This document shows, in pieces, positions 1 through 10,321 of a DNA stretch of 64,000 nucleotides; the stretch's first letter is position 1; the number at the start of each line of letters is the position of its first letter. The notes beneath the pieces are model-generated. The model ran no database searches and had not been told where the DNA came from. It saw only the letters and a list, made by a program, of their open reading frames with translations. The translations under genes were made by a program, and so were the position numbers. Source of the stretch: Felis catus (lineage: Eukaryota); contig NC_058368.1 of assembly GCF_018350175.1 (NCBI RefSeq), positions 133,984,001 through 134,048,000 on the forward strand, read 5' to 3'.

Positions 1-318
1 TGTTTGTGGGTGCACCTGTGTCCATGAGCCCATATGTACACGTTCTTGGAAAGAAGTCTCTGGGAGGACTAAACTGAACTGACTCCCGACTGTTTGTTCA
101 GGAGCAGTCAGTGTTTAATTTGCCAGCTTCCCCTTAATCGCACCCACAAGCTCTTCCAAATTCCACCCTGCCCCCCCATATCTCAGTATTCACCCAACTC
201 TTGCCTGCCCTGCTCCCATGGCCCTTGCCCCTCCCCCACCTGGTGCCCAGTCTGACAAAATGCATTCTGGGTAGGCTGTGGAAAGATCCTGGAAGGGGGA
301 GCTGAAGGCCCCTTGGGT

Positions 319-372
319 ATGCAAATGAACCGGAAGTGCTGCAGTTGTCTGCTTAGGGAGCTGAAAATGGCG
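319..372 (+). promoter_or_regulatory. Candidate Pol II promoter: octamer + ETS + YY1 motif cluster
   Basis: ATGCAAAT at 319-326, ACCGGAAGTG at 329-338 and AAAATGGCG at 364-372, all within 54 bp of non-repetitive sequence. A donor-like CCT|GTGAGT follows at 520/521. Confidence 0.55.
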
Positions 373-520
373 AAAAGAGGTGTGTGTTCCTTAGAGCTTT
401 CAAAGTTACCTGACTCAAAAAGTGCTCATGAGGGGGACCGAGAGGTCTTTGGGAATGTCTCGAAACCTCTGGACATGTGGCCTTGCGCTCCCCAGAGTAA
501 CATCTGAATTCACGCCTCCT
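340..520 (+). other. Candidate first exon (start approximate)
   Basis: Lies downstream of the motif cluster and ends at GTGAGT (521-526). ATG at 428 gives 31 open codons to a phase-0 junction. May be 5'UTR. Confidence 0.4.
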
Positions 521-978
521 GTGAGTTGTGCTCTTATTGGGGACTCCAGAAGGGTTGGGACTGGAGCCAAATGCAAGGGATTCCACCTTCTAGAAACATC
601 CCGTGAACTAATGCAGAGCTGAGCCAGCTTGGGCCAAACTGTTGGGGCGCTGATTCAACACAGCTCATCGTAACTGGCTGAATTTAACTTTGCTTAGCAT
701 GTAATCAAATTAAAGTGTGAGAAGATGTTTTTCTCCTTGTTTTGAAAGTGGTTGCAGCAAAACCCTTTATGAAGCCTTTACTCTTCCGTGTATTATTTAG
801 ACTTGGTGGGGTCAGTGGGAGGTAGGTGTGATTTTATTTAGGAGAACGTGGGCTCTGGTGACACCATTTCTTCCAAATACCACACAACAGGGAGAGGTAA
901 CAGTCTGCAGGGAGCTTGTCTCTGGGAATGCGAGTGGGGAGAAACACTTCTGAGCTCTCGTACAGCAGAACCCCAGCG

Positions 979-981
<3 letters not shown>

Positions 982-1019
<38 letters not shown>

Positions 1020-1026
1020 CACGTGT
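982..1026. repeat. (TG)n-(CG)n alternating purine-pyrimidine microsatellite
   Basis: Direct reading of a TG run followed by GCGCGCGCACGTGTG. Confidence 0.95.
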
Positions 1027-1249
1027 GCTCCTGGGGTCTAGTTGATATAAAACTCTTGAATGCTGGAATGTCCTCTGATAAACTCCATGTCAACAGTTGT
1101 TTATTTAACATTTGCTTTGGGCCAGGAACCATTCTGAGGGCTTTGCATGTATTAGCTTAGATTTACAAGTTACTGACTATGTTAACAAAAAGCAAGTTGC
1201 CCAAGAGTATGCATTGTGTTCTTTTGTTCCTATAAGTAATGATTATATT

Positions 1250-1470
1250 GTATATATATTTGCAGGGGAGGGAAATCTACCGGAAGGGTATCTCCTAAAA
1301 TGGTATAGTGGTTGCCTTTTAGGAGACTGAGAGAGACTCCTCAACTTAGAACTTGGGGTGTGGGAGGGAGAGTTTTCATTCAGTACTTTTTTCAGAACTT
1401 TTGGTCTGTTTGAATTATTTTTAATCATGTGTGATGTATTCTTGTTTCAATAAAAAATACATTTATTTTG
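1250..1470 (+). mobile_element. Old L1M 3' end fragment
   Basis: Resembles L1MC/ME 3'UTR and ends in AATAAAAAAT. Boundaries approximate. Confidence 0.4.
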
Positions 1471-1929
1471 AAGGAGAATGAAATGAAACTTTATAGTCCA
1501 AGTCAACTTTGTGGATCAGACGCTAGGACTGAATCCTTGTGATGGACAAGTGCAAGGTAGTACAATGGCTACAGTACCAGGGGCAGGTTGCAGGGGAGAG
1601 GTTTGTGCAGGATGGTTTTGACACAAAGAAGCCTGTAAGCAATAGCTCCGAAGTCAAATTGGAGGGAGAATTGGAAATAGCAGTTAAAGTTCACTTGACA
1701 TGAATCACTGTCAAACTTAAATGTGCAATTTTGCACCTGTAACTCTCCTGCGATGTATATATTGTTCTGATTCCAAGATTGCCTCAGCCTGCAAGATTAG
1801 CCTGCCTCACTTTGTCATATGACTAGACTGAACCCCACTATGATGTGATTGTTACCACTTCTACAGATAGTCGGAAGTTTGGCCCAGTCATCTGATCCTC
1901 ACATACATAGATGGACATTACTGTGCAAG

Positions 1930-2246
1930 TGTTTTGAGAGGTTCAAGGCAAATGAGACCCAAGCCTGCCACTCTGAGGAGCCCACTGTCTTAGAGACAAC
2001 ACATGCACCATGAACTCTAACAGAGGCTCCAATGTTATAACTTCGGCCAGAGGAATATATACAGGATTATGAGGTTTCAGAGAAGAGAAGTGTTGCATTA
2101 GTCAGGAGGTATTTGGGGACATTTAAAAAGTGCTTTGCTTGCCATTTGGGATTTTGATAGAGGGAAGGGAAGATAGTTCATGAGGGAGAGTGGCTTCAGG
2201 AATTTGAGCATGAAACATGGTTAGGAAACCGATAAGGAAGTTTGGT
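1930..2246 (-). mobile_element. L2 fragment, interrupted by the L1 at 2265
   Basis: Degenerate purine-rich L2 antisense pattern that resumes after 4193. Confidence 0.4.
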
Positions 2247-2264
2247 TGAAATGCTAGGCATTTG

Positions 2265-4175
2265 TTTTTTTTTTTATGAAATTTATTGTCAAATTGGTTT
2301 CCATACAACACCCACTGCTCATCCCAAAAAATGCCCTCTTCAATACCCATCACCCACCCTCCGCTCCCTCCCACCCCCCATCAACCCTCAGTTTGTTCTC
2401 AGTTTTTAGGAGTCTCTTATGCTTCGGCTCTCTCCCACACTAACCTCTTTTTTTGTTTTTTCCTTCCCCTCCCCCATGGGTTCCTGTTAAGTTTCTCAGG
2501 ATCCACATGAGAGTGAAATCATATGGCATCTGTCTTTCTCTGTATGGCTTATTTCACTTAGCATCACACTCTCCAGTTCCATCCATGTTGCAACAAAGGG
2601 CCATATTTCATTCTTTCTCATTGCCATGTAGTACTCCATTGTGTATATAAACCACAATTTCTTTATCCATTCATCAGTTGATGGACATTTAGGCTCTTTC
2701 CATAATTTGGCTATTGTTGAGACTGCTGCTATAAACATTGGGGTACAAGTGCCCCTATGCGTCAGCATTCCTGTATCACTTGGGTAAATTCCTAGCAGTG
2801 CTATTGCTGGGTCATAGGGTAGATCTATTTTTAATTTTTGGAGGAACCTCCACACTGTTTTCCAGAGCGGCTGCACCAGTTTGCATTCCCACCAACAGTG
2901 CAAGAGCGTTCCCGTTTCTCCACATCCTCTCCAGCATCTATAGTCTCCTGATTTGTCCATTTTGGCCACTCTGGCGTGAGGTTATATCTGAGTGTGGTTT
3001 TGATTTGTATTTCCCTGATGAGGAGCGACGTTGAGCATCTTTTCATGTGCCTGTTGGCTATCCGGATGTCTTCTTGAGAGAAGTGTCTATTCATTCCCAT
3101 TTCTTCACTGGATTATTTGTTTTTCGGGTGTGGAGTTTGGTGAGCTCTTTATAGATTTTGGATACTAGCCCTTTGTCTGATATGTCATTTGCAAATATCT
3201 TTTCCCATTCTGTTGGTTGTCTTTTAGTTTTGTTGATTGTTTCCTTTGCAGTGCAGAAGCTTTTTCTCTTCATGAGGTCCCAATAGTTCATTTTTGCTTT
3301 TAATTCCCTTGCCTTTGGGGATGTGTCAAGTAAGAAATGGCTGTGGCTGAGGTCAGAGAGGTCTTATCCTGCTTTCTCTGCTAGGGTTTTGATGGTTTCC
3401 TGTCTCACATTCAGGTCCTTTATCCATTTTGAGTTTATTTTTGTGAATGGTGTGAGAAAGTGGTCTAGTTTCAACCTTCTGCATGTTGCTGTCCAGTTCT
3501 CCCAGCACCATTTGTTAAAGAGACTGTCTTTTTTCCATTGGATATTCTTTCCTGCTTTGTCAAAGATTAGTTGGCCATACGTTTGTGGGTCTAGTTCTGG
3601 GGTTTCTATTCTATTCCATTGGTCTATGTGTCTGTTTTTGTGCCAATACCATGCTGTCTTGATGATGACAGCTTTGTAGTAGAGGCTAAAGTCTGGGATT
3701 GTGATGCCTCCCGCTTTGGTCTTCTTCTTCAAAATTACTTTGGCTATTCAGGGCCTTTTGTGGTTCCATATGAATTTTAGGATTGCTTGTTCTAGAAGAA
3801 TGCTGGTGCAATTTTGACTGGGATTGCATTGAATGTGTAGATAGCTTTGGGTAGTATTGACATTTTGACAATATTTATTCTTCCAACCCATGAGCACAGA
3901 ATGTTTTTCCATTTCTTTATATCTTCTTCAATTTCCTTCATAAGCTTTCTATAGTTTTCAGCATACAGATCTTTTACATCTTTGGTTAGATTTATTCCTA
4001 GGTAGTGGACGCTTCTTGGTGCAATTGTGAATGGGATCAGTTTCTTTATTTGTCTTTCTGTTGCTTCATTATTAGTGTATAAAAATGCAACTGATTTCTG
4101 TACATTGATTTTGTATCCTGCAACTTTGCTGAATTCATGTATCAGTTCTAGCAGATTTTTGGTGGAGTCTATCAG
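2265..4175 (-). mobile_element. 5'-truncated feline-type L1 (3' part of ORF2, 3'UTR, poly(A))
   Basis: ORF2p fragments ([39 protein letters not shown]), a T-run at 2265-2275, and a perfect 18-bp TSD TGAAATGCTAGGCATTTG at 2247-2264 and 4176-4193. Confidence 0.97.
2496..4172 (-). pseudogene. L1 ORF2 C-terminal part (end of RT, cysteine-rich domain), frameshifted
   Basis: Split over ORFs 3792-4307, 3364-3732, 3091-3291, 2831-3100 and 2496-2969. Confidence 0.95.
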
Positions 4176-4193
4176 TGAAATGCTAGGCATTTG

Positions 4194-4800
4194 AAAGGGA
4201 GTGGAAGGCAAATAGGCTGACAAAATTGGGGGGAAGGTCAGCTGGCAGAGGGTCTTGAGTTCCAATTCTGTGTCAGCAGTGGGGAGCCATTTCATTCTTG
4301 TGAGCACAGGAATATCAGGACTTGAAGCCTTCCGGAAGATGAACCTGGCACCACAGAGGAAATGATGAAGGAACTGGGTCTGGGAGATGGGTTTTCAGGC
4401 TCTGGGATTAGTCATCTGGCTGAGAGCTAATGAGAGTCTAGGAGGAAGAAAGAAGAGGAGATATTCATGATACATTTTACAAAGGGCACAGAAGAGAAGT
4501 GATAGCTGATGGGGTGTCAGAAGAGAGGAAGCAGTTGGGGAAGTTTTGAGGCTGGTTGGCTAAGAGGGAGGGCATGGAATGAGTAGCTTTGGTGGCAGTG
4601 GTGTTAAGGAAGAGGGTGAGTCAGCACAGGATGTTTGGGCGTTCTTGTGCCCAACATACAGAAGTTTGAAGATAGAGTTGGTGAGAGAAGCTGAAGATTT
4701 TTGTGGGGAGCGCTGCAGTGGGAATAGTTGAAGCCCAGATATGATGATCTTTGCAATGAGAGGTTTTTGAGAGAGCAAGAAGAAAAAAATGAAGCAAGAT
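4194..4800 (-). mobile_element. L2 fragment (continuation)
   Basis: Degenerate L2-like purine-rich sequence. Boundaries approximate. Confidence 0.4.
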
Positions 4801-5806
4801 AAGCCTAAGAAAGAGAAGACAGAGCAGTTAGGAGAGGGAGGAGTCAGAATCTTAGCTATGGCAGTTTAACACAGGGGTTGGTGATAAAACAGCCCTCCGC
4901 CCCCGCCCCCCCCCCCCAACACATAGAAGGTTGAGGAAAGTGAGGTGAGAAAGGCCATTGTTTATGGCAGCTAAGTGATCGCTGATGGCTTTTAGTAAAA
5001 CTCTTTTTGGGAGGTTGGGTGAAGGAAGCCAAAGGTTTTAAAAAATAGTTTGCACATTTCAGGGCCATAGGCCGAATTCAACTGGAAGTGGAATTTTACT
5101 TGATCCTCATTGTTTAAGAAATCAAATTAATTGCTAATATTTCACCGTTATTAGCTTTCATGTAAAAATTCCAAATTCCAAACCTAAGTGGTGTGGCTAC
5201 CCTGGGCCCTCATTCCTCTCTGGCTGGATGTGGGCCAGAGCCCCTCTATCTGGGTTGTAGTGGGAGGATTGTGAGAGATAGGGAGCTGGCCACTCCATGT
5301 TGTTTAGATGGATCGAATGAGCCTCATGCTCACCTGTCTCCTGCTGGTTGCATATTTGGTTCAAGTGTGTGGAGATGGTGAAGAAATATAAGTCATTTAC
5401 TCTTTCAAGTAGACTATTTCTATGAAAGTTTGGCAGTGATGTGCAGAACAGAAAGAGGCTGGTAAATCAGGGTGCTCCAGAGGAGAAAATGGGCGTGTTG
5501 GGGTAATGGAGACTCAAGCCCCATTTGGTGTCACCAAAAAAGAAATATTCAAGTACAGCATGGGAGACCCGAGAGGCAAGGGAGGAAGTGATTGATGAAA
5601 CCAAAATGTTATGTGGGAGCTGAGGAAGAAGCAAGTGTGGAGAGGAGAGGGCCGTTTCTGCTTTTGAAATAGGAGAAGCAACAGACAGAAATGATAAGTG
5701 GGGTGGGGGGGCAACCTGCAATGGAGAGGAGGGAGCAGAAGAAGAGCTGGGATTGATGTCAGGTGTGGGTGTGCTCATAAAATGAGCTGAGGGCAAGGTG
5801 GGACAA

Positions 5807-5810
<4 letters not shown>

Positions 5811-5846
<36 letters not shown>
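5811..5846. repeat. (GT)n microsatellite
   Basis: Direct reading. Confidence 0.95.
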
Positions 5847-5848
<2 letters not shown>

Positions 5849-5933
5849 CGGGGGTGGGGGGGGAGTTCTGAGAGCAGGGCCTTAATTTGGCAACCTTCAA
5901 GTGGATTTTTTTTTAATAATTTTTTTTTATTTT

Positions 5934-6135
5934 GGGGGCACCTGGGCATTCCGTTAAGCTTCTGACTCTTGATTTTGGCTAAGGTCATGCTCTCACGGTT
6001 CAGAGATTGAGCCCCATGTCGGGCTCCATGTTGACAGTGTGGAGCCTGCTTGGGATTCTCTTTCCCTCTCTTTGCCCCTCCCTCTCTCACGTGCACATGC
6101 GCTCTCTCCCTCTCAAAATTAATAAACATTACGAA
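5934..6135 (+). mobile_element. CanSINE inserted in the tail of an older short SINE
   Basis: GGGGCACCTGGG head, CT-rich linker and AATAAACATT tail. Confidence 0.9.
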
Positions 6136-6136
6136 A

Positions 6137-6238
6137 TATTTTTTTTTATGTTTAATCCCTATACCCAACCTGGGGTTCGAACTCATCCCTCAAGATCAAG
6201 AGCCACATGCTGTACCTGCTGAGCCAAGCAGGTGCCCC
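6137..6238 (-). mobile_element. Short old tRNA-like carnivore SINE
   Basis: Ends CAGGTGCCCC. TSD TCAAGTGGAT at 5897-5906 and 6239-6248 encloses both this and the 5934 SINE. Confidence 0.8.
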
Positions 6239-6322
6239 TCAAGTGGATATTTTTTAAGTGTTTAATAGTCATTTTGTGATGGCAAGGAGAAGCTGATTTT
6301 CTCTTTTAAAATTGCATACCTA

Positions 6323-6545
6323 GGGGCGCCTGGGTGGCGCAGTCGGTTAAGCGTCCGACTTCAGCCAGGTCACGATCTCGCGGTCCGTGAGTTCGAGCCC
6401 CGCGTCGGGCTCTGGGCTGATGGCTCAGAGCCTGGAGCCTGGTTCCGATTCTGTGTCTCCCTCTCTCTCTGCCCCTCCCCCGTTCATGCTCTGTCTCTCT
6501 CTGTCCCAAAAATAAATAAGCGTTGAAAAAAAAATTAAAAAAAAA
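6323..6545 (+). mobile_element. Young CanSINE (SINEC_Fc type)
   Basis: CpG-rich intact body. 16-bp TSD TAAAATTGCATACCTA at 6307-6322 and 6546-6561. Confidence 0.97.
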
Positions 6546-7591
6546 TAAAATTGCATACCTATGTTTATATTAAAAAAATTAGAGTTTTCTGCATACTCTG
6601 AATGTAGTATAACATTTAGATGTAGCTGAAATGGCCTTTTGCCTCACGTATTTTTTGTAGTGATAGGTACTAAGTATGGGAAAAACTACATGAATAGGTG
6701 TAAACTTTTGTTCAAAATGTATTAAAAGTTGTTTCCTGACCTCCATGGTAGAAAAATTTCCCATTTCCCCTTACTTCTCTATTTCTCTCTTTTTTAAAAA
6801 ATTTTTTTTTTCTGAAGTAGTCAACTTCATAGAAGTCTTAGGTGAGTGCTTCAAATTGAGATAATAATGTGAGTCTCTTGTTATTGGTAAATAATACTAC
6901 ATGCTGCACCCCTAGTTCCTGCGTTTCATTCGTCCCTTAGTGCTGATCATAGCTGTTTGGTCAGCTGGTCTCAAGATCTTACAGTCTGTGGGTGCCCCAT
7001 CCATTTTGCTAGGGTGCACTGAAGGGAAAGGTGGTACTACGTGGGATGCTTTTAAATATATACGTTGGTGGGGGGTCAGGAATGGGTTTAGTTTGGCCAG
7101 TGTATGAATTTTACGTAGAAAGCTGAGTTCCCTGGCAACACATTGCCAGATGTGTTCCCCTGTTGCTTTAGCGCACCTATTTAATAAATTGATACCTGTA
7201 GAAGGTGTTTGGATGGCTCACTCCTTTGCGTGGATCTGGGTAGGGTTTAGGTTTCAATGCACAATCAGTTTGCTTTCGCTGTTACAGAGGATGTGAAAGT
7301 AAGTGTATTCAAGGCAAACAAAAGGACCGGTAAGCCTCAGGGAGGGACTTGCTGGTTTGTGGCAGAGAGACGAAGGAAAGACCAGAATGATTTTGTCCAG
7401 AGGCCAACAGGGTGAGCACTGAAATGGTGGGTTTTGTAGGCTCATGACGGGCTAGGGGAGCAAGAGTCCAGTGTGGATTTATGGTGGTGGCTTGCAGCGT
7501 GAGAGAAAAGAGAAGAAGGAGAGAAGCGCTACTCAGGTTTCAGACTTCTGGTCATTCTGTGAAATGTTCATTTTACTGAAAAATGTTTAGG

Positions 7592-7757
7592 ATTTTTTAA
7601 AAGTTTATTTTTTTTGAGAGAGAGAGACAGACAGACAGGGAGGGGCAGAGTGTCGGTGTGGAGCTGGACACAGGGCTTGATCCCCTGAACTGTGAGATCA
7701 TGACCTGAGCCGAAATCAAGAGCCAGAAGCTTAACCGACTGAGGCACCCAGGGGCCC
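7592..7757 (-). mobile_element. Older CanSINE
   Basis: T-rich tail, GA-rich linker and reverse-complement head. Confidence 0.88.
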
Positions 7758-7789
7758 GTTAGTGAAAAAAATTTTAAGTTGTTTTAAAA

Positions 7790-8003
7790 TTTTTTTTCAA
7801 CGTTTTTTATTTATTTTGGGGACAGAGAGAGACAGAGCATGAACGGGGGAGGGGCAGAGAGAGAGGGAGACACAGAATCGGAAACAGGCTCCAGGCTCCG
7901 AGCCATCAGCCCAGAGCCCGACGCGGGGCTCGAACTCACGGACCGCGAGATCGTGACCTGGCTGAAGTCGGACGCTTAACCGACTGCACCACCCAGGCGC
8001 CCC
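7790..8003 (-). mobile_element. Young CanSINE (SINEC_Fc type)
   Basis: 16-bp TSD TTAAGTTGTTTTAAAA at 7774-7789 and 8004-8019. Confidence 0.97.
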
Positions 8004-8554
8004 TTAAGTTGTTTTAAAAATACAGCCCTATAAAAGTGATAATGAAATAAATGCTTCTCTGTGAATTACTTGGAGGGCCATCACTATAAGCTTTGTGTGA
8101 CTGAACATGCTTCCTTTTTCCAAATTGTCTCTGGTCCGAGGTAAACGTCCAACTTGTAGTACGTTTGTGGCAACCTTCCAGAGAATAGATTTCTCATGTG
8201 ATGGAACATGACACATCACTTTAACTTTCATTTTAGTGTTTCTGTCAATCCTGACTGAGTAGCATTGACTGCTCATACATGCTGGGGAGGAGTAACCTCT
8301 GTGGATGTTGTTAAGTCTCATTAAAATGATTTGGTCAGCGTTCACGGAAGGAAGGATAAACATTAGTATGTCCAAGATTAGTTATGATCTTGAACATCCC
8401 TCAACCTCCCTGAGTCTTAGTTCCCTTCTTTTAGATGGTCACGGGGTGAGAGTGGTGATGGAGTGGGCCAGGTGGTCTCTAAGACATCTTCCCTTTTTCA
8501 ATGTCAGAGAACATGACACTAAGCTAGGATAGTATTTGGGACTGAGTTTGAACG

Positions 8555-8865
8555 TGCTAAAAGATAAACTGAGGCATATGTTTACTTGAGCAAACAGGGG
8601 CAGAGACACAGGCCAGAGTAGTCAGGAGCCAGGGGACAGCCATTCATAGAGAAGACTTGGAAGCCAGCAAAGAAATGATTTTATTGGTTGTAGCTTAAGC
8701 CGTTGCCTTGTTTGGGAAGCCTGGTTGGCTGTGATTGCTGTCCTTAGGTTTCAGTTTCTTAACCGTGAGGCATTTGCAGGCTTAGGTGTTTGGGTTTCCT
8801 TGCTAGGCTACTAAGGCATTAAAGCCACCTCAGTCTCCTGGCTTCCTTGTTTAATTAATTTAACA
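8555..8865 (-). mobile_element. Solo LTR, ERV1-class (carnivore LTR-like)
   Basis: TG...CA ends (TGCTAAA ... TTTAACA) and a 4-bp TSD AACG/AATG differing by CpG decay. Resembles remembered MER57/CarLTR-type termini. Confidence 0.65.
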
Positions 8866-8894
8866 AATGTGACCAGAACAAGAAGGCAGCTGAG

Positions 8895-9050
8895 TGGCGC
8901 CTGGGTGGCTCAGTTGCTTGAGTGTCTGACTCTTGATTTCGGTTCAGGTCATGATCCCAGGGCCATGGGTTCTGTGCTAAGCATGGAGACTGCTTGGGAT
9001 TCTCTCTCTCTCTTTCTCTCTCTCTGCCCACTCCCCTGCTTGCACACACA
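8895..9050 (+). mobile_element. Degenerate CanSINE
   Basis: GGCGCCTGGGTGGCTCAG head and CT linker. Confidence 0.85.
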
Positions 9051-9144
9051 CTGCATAAAGTTCTTGGGTCGGAGTTATTGTTTGTTTGGTTTGTGTTAAG
9101 AGAGCTAGGCCATTTGTAGCACTGTCTCAAAAACTCGTCTCTCT

Positions 9145-9330
9145 CTTTTTTTTAATGTTTATTTTTGAGAGAGGGTGGGGGGAGGGGCAGAGAGAGAGAG
9201 AGGGACAGAGGATCTGAAGCAGACTCTGTGCTGACAGCAGAGGGCCCCATGTGGGGCTCAAACTCAAAACCCTGAGGTCATCACTCGAGCCGAAGTTGGA
9301 TGTTCAACTGACTGAGCCACCCAGATGCCT
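9145..9330 (-). mobile_element. CanSINE
   Basis: Tail, linker and head in reverse. TCTCAAAAA on both flanks. Confidence 0.9.
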
Positions 9331-10132
9331 CTCAAAAAACTCTTCTGGATTTCAAGAAGATAATTATTTGTCACTTACATGTTGAAAACCTCTTATATCT
9401 AGGATATACATTTGTAGTGATAAATACAGTAGAACTGCTAAGAGAACACAGGGAAGCTTTGTGTTGTCCACACGTAAGGTATTTTATTCTTGTTTTGTAG
9501 GATTTAGGAGATGGGGTTACTACTTGAAATGATTTCACTCTGTTGTGTTGCTGTGTGTTGTAGGATGCTGCTGCTCTGCAGGATCTGTCATCCAGGACCC
9601 ACGAACAGGATGTGTCTTTCCCGCAGTGATCCCACTCTTCAGCCCCTGCAGGAAGTGAAAGTTTTGCAGAGAACTTCTTAAAGAATGTTGTGGGCCCCAG
9701 TTGTTCCAGTTTTACCTCTTCTCCTGGTCTTTTTGGAGCAGTCTGTAAGCACCGCCTCACTGTTGGACAGTGGGCCATCATGGGGGGGGGGGCTCCTCTG
9801 TGACACCGCCCGGAATTCCCTTTCCCTGGCCAGGGTCCCACCTCTTAAGTCAGCATATTAATGTTCTCCGCAGAAAGGGTGTCATCCATTGCTCTTCTAT
9901 CAGATACATAATGAACTCCTTCATTGCCTGTCTGAAGTTTTAATTTGGCAGTCCAGCTTTCTCTCTGTGTGGTTCCCCTGGGCACCTTTGCTTTGGAACA
10001 CGGCTGCACTTACCGAAGATCATAAGGTGTAGCCTGTGAACTCTGATTTCCTGATACTTGGCTACCAGGTCCCGCAAAACTTCATTCCTTCTGGGTACAT
10101 CAAAATGTTTTCCCATAATATTCCAATATTAT

Positions 10133-10133
10133 C

Positions 10134-10216
<83 letters not shown>

Positions 10217-10217
10217 T

Positions 10218-10261
<44 letters not shown>

Positions 10262-10307
10262 TCCTTTCTTTCCTTTCTTTCCTTTCTTTCCTTTCTTTCC
10301 TTTTCTT
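10133..10307. repeat. (TTTC)n / (TTTCC) polypyrimidine microsatellite
   Basis: About 175 bp pure pyrimidine tract abutting the truncated L1. Confidence 0.97.
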
Positions 10308-10321
10308 TCAGATAAAGGGTT

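Noticed and set aside
3792..4307. ORF reading from flank into L1 ORF2 (chimeric 171 aa)
   Set aside because: Chance read-through across the TSD into a frameshifted L1, with no promoter or splice support.
5467..6186. 239-aa minus-strand ORF
   Set aside because: Built from SINEs, a (CA)n repeat and low-complexity sequence.
6323..6400. tRNA-like A/B box sequences
   Set aside because: These are tRNA-derived CanSINE heads, not tRNA genes.
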